41,117 bases of DNA from a virus (lineage: Duplodnaviria > Caudoviricetes). The notes below the pieces were generated by a model. The model saw nothing but the letters and a program-made list of their open reading frames with translations, was not told the origin of the DNA and made no database searches. The translations under genes were made by a program, and so were the position numbers. The DNA is taken from the IMG/VR virus record IMGVR_UViG_3300043602_000024, positions 1 to 41,117 of that record; one strand, written 5' to 3'. Every line of letters begins with the position of its first letter. Position 1 is the first letter of the stretch. Below, one piece after another: positions 34,062-41,117 of this stretch.

Positions 34062-35255
34062 ATGGCGAGCTCACCAAAGTTCTACGACCGCGTATTGATG
34101 TCGTCCACGACGACAGGGACGGGCACGCTCACGCTCGGTTCAGCGATTACCGGCTACCAAGCATGGTCAGTGCTCGGCAACGGCAACAGCGCCTATTACT
34201 ACATCGAGGGCGTAGATGGCTCTGGCGTCCCGTCTGGTGAGTGGGAAGTCGGGATTGGCACGTATACGACCTCTGGAACTACCCTCAGTCGTGATTCGAT
34301 CCTTGCGTCCAGCAATAGCGGTTCGGTAGTCAGCCTCTCGGCAGGGACCAAGCGTGTCGCGCTGATTGGGGCTCCTGCGGCGGTCTCGACGACCGACATT
34401 AGCGATATGGGCGGTCGGTTGACGCTGACGACAGGCGTCCCGGTGACGACCTCTGACGTGGCGACGGCGACGACCCTCTACTACACCCCGTATAAGCACA
34501 ACCGGGTCGAACTGTGGAACGGCTCTGGATGGGTGCGGTATACGTTCTCTGAGATTTCGCTGGTCACGCCGAGTCTGACGAATGCCAAACCGTATGACAT
34601 CTGGCTCTACGACAATGCCGGGACGCTGACGCTGGAGGCGCTTGTCTGGACCGATGCCTCGACTCGGGCGACGGCGATTGTTCAGCAGGATGGCGTCTGG
34701 TGTAAGACCGGGGCATTAACTCGTCGGCTCGTCGGGACGATTTACCCGAGTGCGACGGACACGATGACCGATACGCTAGCTTTTCGCGGCGTGTCGAACG
34801 TCGATAACGCGGTGCCACGGCCGATCTACCTCAATCCTGGCTACGCGAACGACAACACGACGACGAGCTATACGAACAACTCGACGACGTGGGGTCTGGC
34901 GAACGGCGGAACTGGTGCGACGGCGACCTACGTCCTGACGCTCCCCTCTGGATTTGCCGTCACCTATTCGTGCATCGCGCAAGGCACCGCGACACAGCCG
35001 GTCTTTGGCATTGGGGATGGGTCGACGTCACAGGCGGTCGTCTTGGGGCTCTGTCCGCTGAACGCGGCTGGTCAAGCCTATTCGCAGGCGATTACATGGA
35101 GCGCGTCCAAAGCGGCCGGCGCCTCGACGATCGTCATGCTAATTGCGAGCATCGTCAACGCGCAGACCGCGACGTTTTATGCGGACCTGGGGCGGTTCGG
35201 TGGAGCCGCAGCGGATCAGGCGGGCACGACACTCACAGCGACGGTGCAGGGATAG
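34062..35255 (+). CDS. Fibre protein 1
   Basis: DRV..SSTTTGTGTLTL...WEVGIGTY...TLSR N-domain plus a domain shared with the tailspike. Confidence 0.8.
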   Translation: MASSPKFYDRVLMSSTTTGTGTLTLGSAITGYQAWSVLGNGNSAYYYIEGVDGSGVPSGEWEVGIGTYTTSGTTLSRDSILASSNSGSVVSLSAGTKRVALIGAPAAVSTTDISDMGGRLTLTTGVPVTTSDVATATTLYYTPYKHNRVELWNGSGWVRYTFSEISLVTPSLTNAKPYDIWLYDNAGTLTLEALVWTDASTRATAIVQQDGVWCKTGALTRRLVGTIYPSATDTMTDTLAFRGVSNVDNAVPRPIYLNPGYANDNTTTSYTNNSTTWGLANGGTGATATYVLTLPSGFAVTYSCIAQGTATQPVFGIGDGSTSQAVVLGLCPLNAAGQAYSQAITWSASKAAGASTIVMLIASIVNAQTATFYADLGRFGGAAADQAGTTLTATVQG

Positions 35256-35258
35256 CTG

Positions 35259-36602
35259 ATGCCGACTGTGGTCAGCACCCCGATTTACAATCTGGTCAAA
35301 GAGACCTCGACGACGACGGGCACCGGGACGATTACGGTCGCCGGAGCCGTCACCGGGTATGCGGCCTTCTCGGTCGTTGGGACTGGGAACCGCTGCACGA
35401 TCTGCATCCGTGCGGTCAATGGGTCAGGGGTGCCGACTGGCCAGTGGGAGATTTGCCGCAGCGTCTATACGCTGAGCGGGACGACCCTAACTCGTGGACA
35501 ACTCGTCGGGTCGAGCACGGGGAGTCGCATTAGCTTCTCAGCCGGGACCAAAGAAGTCTTTATCGTGGCTGATGCGGCGACCGTGCAGCCGCGCACATGG
35601 GATTTCGTGTTGGACTTCGACGCGGACCCGACCTACACCAACGACAACTGTGCGGCGTTGCAACTCGCCGTCAACACGATTACCGCGCAGGGTGGCGGGA
35701 CGCTCTACAGTCCTCCTGGTCACTACAAGTTCTCTGCCGCCCCTCAGAACGCTGGTACCGACAACGCGCAGGTCGTGTTGCCACAGGTTAATGCGTCTGG
35801 GAGCCAAGTCTCTATTTGCATCATTGGGGCGGTGCCTGCCCCGTCGCAGTTCTTCTTCACCGGGACGAATCCTCCGCCCTCAACGGGCTACACCGTCTGG
35901 GAAACGACCCTGACAGGTCAGAGTGGAACGGCGAGTTTCATCGGTGGCAAGGCGAACACGAACAACCCGAACAACCAGAACGGGCTCTCAATCAGGTTTG
36001 CGAACCTGATCATTGCGATGCCCGCGAACCCGACGTTTACCTGCATCGACATCAGCCATCAGTTCGGGTCGGTCGAGATGTTCCAGGACGTGTTCATCTA
36101 CGCCGGGACAGCGGACATTACGCAGGTCACTGAGCCGACGAACGCCAACAACTACGGCATCAAGATGCCGGGGAACAACGGGAGTGCTCAAGCCTGGGTT
36201 AACGGCCTGACGATCTTCGGGCAGCACGTTGGGTGCTTGTGGGGGGAGAACATCTACTCTGCGGGGCTGGAGATTTGGGCGTGTTTCGCGGCGATTGAGA
36301 CGGTGTTCACGTATCACCCGTGGTGCCACTTCCATATCGGCATTGCCTGGTGTCCCTATGGGATTACTGGCGGGTCGGGTGGGGGCGGGACGACCTACGG
36401 CAAGATTTATATGCTCGACATCGAGCACGCGAACAACCAGGGCCAGTCGTGGCAGAACTCGATTGCGGACATCTACGACCCGGCGAACTACCTGCATCTG
36501 GATATTGCGGCGTGGCTGGCGGTATCGAGCGCGGTCGGGAATGACCACACATTGAATTTGTCCTCTGGTTGCGCGCACGTGACGCACACCGAGCTGGTCT
36601 AG
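35259..36602 (+). CDS. Fibre protein 2 with pectate-lyase-like beta-helix (depolymerase or adhesin)
   Basis: Same TTTGTGT N-domain; DFDADPT..NDNCAALQ.A...GGGTLYSPPGHY beta-helix cap. Confidence 0.82.
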   Translation: MPTVVSTPIYNLVKETSTTTGTGTITVAGAVTGYAAFSVVGTGNRCTICIRAVNGSGVPTGQWEICRSVYTLSGTTLTRGQLVGSSTGSRISFSAGTKEVFIVADAATVQPRTWDFVLDFDADPTYTNDNCAALQLAVNTITAQGGGTLYSPPGHYKFSAAPQNAGTDNAQVVLPQVNASGSQVSICIIGAVPAPSQFFFTGTNPPPSTGYTVWETTLTGQSGTASFIGGKANTNNPNNQNGLSIRFANLIIAMPANPTFTCIDISHQFGSVEMFQDVFIYAGTADITQVTEPTNANNYGIKMPGNNGSAQAWVNGLTIFGQHVGCLWGENIYSAGLEIWACFAAIETVFTYHPWCHFHIGIAWCPYGITGGSGGGGTTYGKIYMLDIEHANNQGQSWQNSIADIYDPANYLHLDIAAWLAVSSAVGNDHTLNLSSGCAHVTHTELV

Positions 36603-36606
36603 TGGC

Positions 36607-37095
36607 ATGTTGGTTGCGGATGCGCCGGTCAGTGGAGCCTCAGTCAGTAGCGGCGAGAGTGAGGGCTTTGAGTCCGTGATTACGACCTTTGTCTTTAACG
36701 TCGGGATGGCCGGATTGACCTCTGGCGGGTCTGTGACGTGGGGCACTGGGTCCGGTGGCGATACCATCAAGGCGCGTCTGGTTGAAGCCGCGGTGACGCC
36801 TGGGGTCAATGCGACCTCGATGACGGGACTTACCGCGGTCGGGACGGATGCGACCCTCTCGGGCAAGTCGAAGTCGACGGATACCTCAACCAATCAAGTT
36901 GCCTATGATGCGACAGACCCGGTGTATACGAGCCTGACCGGCAACGATGTTGGGTCGCTGGTGATCTACAAGTTCGATACGGACGATGCCGGGTCGACAC
37001 CGTTGGCGTGTCTGGCGTTGCCGGTATTTACGCCTGACGGGACCACCCAAACGGTGGTCTTTGCGTCCACGGGCGCGTTCTACACCCAACAATGA
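36607..37095 (+). CDS. Fibre-associated connector protein B with N-terminal peptide
   Basis: Paralogue of 33651-34055 (both end FY(S/T)QQ) with an extra MLVADAPVSGASVS extension. Confidence 0.72.
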   Translation: MLVADAPVSGASVSSGESEGFESVITTFVFNVGMAGLTSGGSVTWGTGSGGDTIKARLVEAAVTPGVNATSMTGLTAVGTDATLSGKSKSTDTSTNQVAYDATDPVYTSLTGNDVGSLVIYKFDTDDAGSTPLACLALPVFTPDGTTQTVVFASTGAFYTQQ

Positions 37096-37709
37096 TTAGC
37101 GGGGCTCCGCTCTCATCGACGCCGCTGAGTGCGGCTCTTGCGCTGTCGAGCGGTGGCAACCAGACTCTGACGCCGACCGGGCCGGCCATCTTTACGTGGG
37201 TGGCTCCCAACGCGACGTTGGTGCTCTCGGGGAATCAGTCGCTCGTCCCGACCGGGCCGGCGATCTTCACCTGGGTGGCTCCAGATACGTCGCTGGTCAA
37301 TGGCGGCTCGATTGATGCGCCCTCGGCGGTCTCGACGTGGACGGCTCCGACGACCTCGCTCTCGCCGTCAGGGTCAGCGACGTTGGTGCCCACGGGGCCA
37401 GCGGTGTTTACGTGGGTCGTCCCGCGGCGACATCTGCGTCGGTCGGTGGAGCCCGGTGGTGGTGGGAGTAATTGGAAGGGCCTGCCGTTCAATCGGTTTG
37501 CTGATGTCGTGCTGAGTGACACTGTGAACATGGAGATGTGCCTCGCCCTCTACGTGGGGGAAGGTGGCGACGTGGCCGCGGTCGAGCAGGATGGGACGGT
37601 GAGGCTCTTCGTTGGGGTGCCGACGGGGAGTATCCTGACCGTCAAGGCTAAGCGGGTGAATAACACGGATACCTCGGCAGCGTCGATTGTGGCGTTGTAT
37701 CGAGACTAA
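37092..37709 (+). CDS. Adaptor: N-peptide + PTGPAIFTW repeats + spike-base domain
   Basis: C-terminal ~73 aa align with 33390-33641 (YVGEGGD, FVGVPTG, KRVN.TDTSAASIVAL). Confidence 0.8.
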   Translation: MISGAPLSSTPLSAALALSSGGNQTLTPTGPAIFTWVAPNATLVLSGNQSLVPTGPAIFTWVAPDTSLVNGGSIDAPSAVSTWTAPTTSLSPSGSATLVPTGPAVFTWVVPRRHLRRSVEPGGGGSNWKGLPFNRFADVVLSDTVNMEMCLALYVGEGGDVAAVEQDGTVRLFVGVPTGSILTVKAKRVNNTDTSAASIVALYRD

Positions 37710-37920
37710 ATGATCAGCGGGAGTCCGCTTAGCGGCACGCCGATTAGTGCGGCGCTAACGGCGGCGAGTGGGGGGAACCAGAGTCTTACGCCGACCGGGC
37801 CAGCGATTTTTACCTGGACGGTCCCGAATCAGACGCTGGTGCAGAGTGGGGGTCCCCAGACGTTAGTGCCGACGGGACCAGCGATTTTTACCTGGGTGGC
37901 ACCGGATCAGACGCTGGTGC
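37161..37920 (+). repeat. ~20-aa repeat (Q/A)(T/S)L(T/V)PTGPA(I/V)FTW(V/T)(A/V)P
   Basis: Three clear copies and one degenerate copy in 37092-37709; two copies in 37710-38012. Confidence 0.9.
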
Positions 37921-38012
37921 AGACGGGCACGACGATATGGAACCGTCGGATGACGGAAGCGCCTGATCGGGTTGGGTCTCGGTCGTCGGATGCACGGAAA
38001 GTAGGGCTGTAA
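37710..38012 (+). CDS. Adaptor: N-peptide + PTGPAIFTW repeats + short basic tail
   Basis: First ~70 aa are paralogous to 37092-37709; TAATG coupling to the gp4-like gene. Confidence 0.75.
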   Translation: MISGSPLSGTPISAALTAASGGNQSLTPTGPAIFTWTVPNQTLVQSGGPQTLVPTGPAIFTWVAPDQTLVQTGTTIWNRRMTEAPDRVGSRSSDARKVGL

Positions 38013-39088
38013 TGGGTCAACCAGTCGAACGTTACAACACGACACAGCCACTGCCGTTTCTCCTCATTCTCTCGTCGGATCACATCACCGGGGCGACCGG
38101 GAAAACGCCGACGGTCACGATTTGCAAGACGGGCGGTGGGTTTGCCACGCCGGCCGGGGCGGTGACGGAGATTGCCTCGGGGTGGTATCAGGTGGCCGCG
38201 AATGCCGCGGATGCTAATACCCTCGGGCCGCTATTGCTCCATGCCACGGCGAGCGGGTGTGACCCTCGAGATGCCGAGTTCTCGGTGGTCAACTACAACC
38301 CGACCTCGGTCTTGCCGGTCTCGGTGCCGACGGATGCCATCGACGGCACGGTCACGGCGTTGGACCTCATCAACGGGGCGTTTGAGATTATCGGCGTGAA
38401 GTCGTTGGGGCAAGACCTCGAAGGGGCGATTGTCAGCGACGGGTTTCGACGCCTCAACAGCATGATCAACTCGTGGGGGACGCAGCCGCTCACCATGACG
38501 GCGTTCTCCCGAGAGGTCTTTGACATCACGGCGAGTCAGTCTGACTATACGGTCGGTCCTGGCGGTGATTGGGACACGGTGCGCCCGTTGGTGGTCGTTG
38601 GCGTCTCGCTGATCATGACCAACAGTTCGCCGTCGATTGAGATTCCGCTCTCGATGCTGACGCAGAACGCCTATGCGGCCATCGCGGTCAAGGACCTGAC
38701 CTCGACGCTGCCGACGCAGGCCTTCTGGAACCCGACCTATCCGCCGTCCGGGTCGTCAGTCGGACTCGGCACGATGAAGCTCTGGCCGAAGCCGACCGAC
38801 GGGGCCAATGACATTGCGCTCTATACGCAGGTCGCGGTGACGAGTTTCACGTCGCTGACGATGCCGACCGGGATGGCTCCTGGCTATCGGGAGGCGCTGG
38901 AATACAACCTGGCCTGCCGTTTGTGTGCGCCCTATGGGCGTCCTGTGCAGCCGGATGTGTTGGCCTATGCCAAGTCCACGCTGGCGACGGTGAAGCGGCA
39001 GAACACGCGACTGATGGACCTGATGACAGACTCCGGACTGACGCCGGATTCCCGTCAAGGCACCTTTAACATCCTGGTGGGTCCGTGA
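38012..39088 (+). CDS. Head-tail adaptor (P22 gp4-like) with an extra N-terminal beta domain
   Basis: TALDLINGAFEIIGV...LNSMINSW and PGYREALEYNLACRL..YG motifs, preceded by a ~110-aa DHITGATG...GWYQV domain. Confidence 0.82.
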   Translation: MGQPVERYNTTQPLPFLLILSSDHITGATGKTPTVTICKTGGGFATPAGAVTEIASGWYQVAANAADANTLGPLLLHATASGCDPRDAEFSVVNYNPTSVLPVSVPTDAIDGTVTALDLINGAFEIIGVKSLGQDLEGAIVSDGFRRLNSMINSWGTQPLTMTAFSREVFDITASQSDYTVGPGGDWDTVRPLVVVGVSLIMTNSSPSIEIPLSMLTQNAYAAIAVKDLTSTLPTQAFWNPTYPPSGSSVGLGTMKLWPKPTDGANDIALYTQVAVTSFTSLTMPTGMAPGYREALEYNLACRLCAPYGRPVQPDVLAYAKSTLATVKRQNTRLMDLMTDSGLTPDSRQGTFNILVGP

Positions 39089-40566
39089 GTAAGATGCCGG
39101 GATTTATCGGGGGTATGGGGCGCGTGCTGAGCGTGAATGCCTCAGCAGATCGTCTCGTGAACTGGTATCCCGAAGGCCCGACGGGTGGCGGGGTGCCGTG
39201 GTTGTGTCCCACTCCCGGCACAAGAGCCGCGTTTGGCGGGTTTACGACCCCGTATCCTGTGCGTGGGTGTTTTGCTCAAGACGGTCGAGCCTGGGTGGTC
39301 AGTGACGGACTTTATGAGCCCGATCTGGCGACGGTCTACCTCCGCGGTGCGGTGGCGATGGATAGCAACCCAGTCTCGATGGTGTCGAACGGGCACGGCG
39401 GTCATCAACTGCTGATCATCTCTGCCGGCCTCGGTTACATCTTCGACCTCAATACCAACACGCTGACGCAGATCACGTCACCGGGCTTCCCGTCGAACGC
39501 CGTGATGTGCGATTTCATCGGCGGCTATTTCGTCGTCTTGCAAGGCGGCACGTCCAAGTTCTACCTCTCGAAGCTCTTCGACGGGCTGACGTGGGACGGC
39601 ACGGATGTGGGGCAACTCTCGGACACCTCAGACAACCTCGTGGCGTTGCGGGTCATCAACAACAACCTCTGGTTGATGGGGTCGTCGAGGACAGAGCCTT
39701 GGTATAACTCCGGCGCGACGTTTCCGTTCCAGCCGATTCCCAATGCCTTGATTGAGCAAGGGACAGGGGCTCCGTGGTCGGTGGCCGAGATTAACGGGGC
39801 GCTCTATATGCTCGTGAGCGATGAGCATGGAGCCGGCATGGTCGTCAAGTCCAACGGCTACGGGTTGGACCGTGTGTCCAATCATGCGGTCGAGTTTCGG
39901 CTGTCGCCGTCCAATCTCAGCCAAGGCCAGTCGAGGATGTCTCAGCCGACGGTTAATCTCGCTGAAGGCATTGGGTTCTCCTATCAGGAGATGGGGCATT
40001 GGTTTTACGTGCTGACGTTCCCGACAACAGGTCCAACGCTTGTCTACGATGCGACCTATGACACCTGGCACGAGCGGGGGATTTGGGATTCCGCCCTCGG
40101 CTATCAGCCGATCTGGGCAACGTGCCATATGTTCGCGTTTGGGAAGCACTACGTCGGGTCTCGGCTTGATGGGACGGTGTTTGAGCAGAGCCTCAGGTAT
40201 GCGGACGACTCGTTTACGCCGATTCGCCGGCAGCGGACGTGTCCCCATCTCAATGACGAGCATCAGTGGGTGTTCTACTCGCAACTTGAGGTCGAGCTCG
40301 AGGCGGGACAGGGGAACACGCTCGACCCGTCTGATATTGGGGCGGCTCCGCTCATGTCGATGCGGTTCAGCGACGATGGGGGACACAGTTACTCCGACTG
40401 GCGCACGCAGTCCGGTGGAGCCGTGGGCGACTACAAACATCGCTCCTACTGGCCGCGGTTAGGACGGTCACAGGACCGGGTGTTTGAGATTGCCGTGACC
40501 TCTGAAGTCTCGTGGCGGCTGACGGGTGCCAACCTGCGGGTTGAACCAGGCACGGGGATGCGGTAA
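39085..40566 (+). CDS. Tail hub/packaged-DNA stabilization protein (P22 gp10-like)
   Basis: VNWYPE, SYQEMGHWFYVLTFP, TLVYD...WHER, FSDDGGHSY and LGRSQDRVF motifs. Confidence 0.92.
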   Translation: MSKMPGFIGGMGRVLSVNASADRLVNWYPEGPTGGGVPWLCPTPGTRAAFGGFTTPYPVRGCFAQDGRAWVVSDGLYEPDLATVYLRGAVAMDSNPVSMVSNGHGGHQLLIISAGLGYIFDLNTNTLTQITSPGFPSNAVMCDFIGGYFVVLQGGTSKFYLSKLFDGLTWDGTDVGQLSDTSDNLVALRVINNNLWLMGSSRTEPWYNSGATFPFQPIPNALIEQGTGAPWSVAEINGALYMLVSDEHGAGMVVKSNGYGLDRVSNHAVEFRLSPSNLSQGQSRMSQPTVNLAEGIGFSYQEMGHWFYVLTFPTTGPTLVYDATYDTWHERGIWDSALGYQPIWATCHMFAFGKHYVGSRLDGTVFEQSLRYADDSFTPIRRQRTCPHLNDEHQWVFYSQLEVELEAGQGNTLDPSDIGAAPLMSMRFSDDGGHSYSDWRTQSGGAVGDYKHRSYWPRLGRSQDRVFEIAVTSEVSWRLTGANLRVEPGTGMR

Positions 40567-41003
40567 TGCCGACCCTCTATGCGCCCTATCCCGATCCGGT
40601 CGTCGATGACGAACGTCGGATGCGGAAGTCCTGGGTGGGGTTCTTTCAGGGCTGGATTGCGGGATGGGATGCGCTCCTGACGAATGTGGCGAGTCTCGAG
40701 GCCGCGGTTGAAGCTCTTGAGCCGAGCGATAAGGCGTGGGGGACTGCGGCGACATCGACCATCTATCAAGCCGCGGCGCGGGTGGATGTCTGCGTGCTCT
40801 GTAACGGTGGGGTCGGTGGGGGTGGCGAGTTTTACGTGCTGACGGACAGCAACCCGACGCCCTCCACGATTCGGGTCGAGGCGTCCATCGTCAACAGCGG
40901 GTTCTCGTCACTGACGTGCCCGGTCAAGGGTGGCGACTACTACCGGGTGATCACGAATGTGACCGGGGGCAGTCCCGCGTTTACCGTGCAAGTGCTAGGG
41001 TAG
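40566..41003 (+). CDS. Tail needle/plug (gp26-like position) with a small knob
   Basis: P.VD.....SWVGFF N-terminus, short coiled coil and C-terminal beta knob; synteny. Confidence 0.65.
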   Translation: MPTLYAPYPDPVVDDERRMRKSWVGFFQGWIAGWDALLTNVASLEAAVEALEPSDKAWGTAATSTIYQAAARVDVCVLCNGGVGGGGEFYVLTDSNPTPSTIRVEASIVNSGFSSLTCPVKGGDYYRVITNVTGGSPAFTVQVLG

Positions 41004-41117
41004 GCGTAAAATGTCCGCGATGCTGACGACGCGAGTCCTGCCGTCTGAAGAGTGGCCGCGGCTTGTGGGCACGTCCCTCGAGACGGTGGCTCCGGCGCTG
41101 CCGTTCGACTCGACGCA
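40991..41117 (+). repeat. Terminal direct repeat, copy 2
   Basis: Identical to 1-127. Confidence 0.97.

Larger units (their letters stand above)
1..41117. mobile_element. Complete P22-like podovirus genome (circularly permuted assembly, unit about 40,990 bp)
   Basis: Terminal 127-bp identity. Full set of packaging, head, short-tail and ejection genes, almost all on the + strand. No host genes. Confidence 0.95.

Noticed and set aside
31085-36602. Genome-wide TAG recoding
   Set aside because: Conserved genes have no internal TAG. Connector paralogues end at the same residue with TAG and TGA. Many TAG junctions are out of frame and no suppressor tRNA was seen.
40991-41117. 127-bp terminal repeat as a biological DTR
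   Set aside because: 127 is a common assembler k-mer and the repeat cuts through tail-region genes. It indicates circularity, not virion DNA ends.
1-41117. Specific host assignment
   Set aside because: High GC, sigma70-type promoters and ejection proteins suggest a diderm bacterium, but nothing in the sequence fixes the taxon.

Overview
The window is one apparently complete, high-GC tailed phage genome of about 40,990 bp. Bases 1-127 repeat exactly at 40991-41117, consistent with a circular assembly overlap. Virion genes follow a P22-like podovirus plan: TerS, TerL, portal, scaffold, coat, gp4-like adaptor, gp10-like hub, needle, GNAT, four ejection proteins and a tailspike. There is an Erf/exonuclease recombination module and an AAA replication helicase followed by an iteron origin. 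Three HNH homing endonucleases are present. I see no integrase, DNA polymerase, tRNA or canonical endolysin. Top candidates for new biology: (1) a head-fibre locus built from duplicated domains and short matching peptides, suggesting a branched docking network; (2) a 17-bp palindrome CGTCAAG-TTA-CTTGACG hidden in three unrelated genes; (3) a reverse-strand HNH spanned by a full-length antisense ORF that preserves translational coupling; (4) a TerS-type HTH inserted in a coiled-coil protein; (5) a degenerate LmbU/MT-A70 fusion; (6) a stand-alone ART-PolyVal-like protein; (7) a small antisense RNA and an RBS-sequestering leader. All family assignments come from motif recognition by eye, with no database search.
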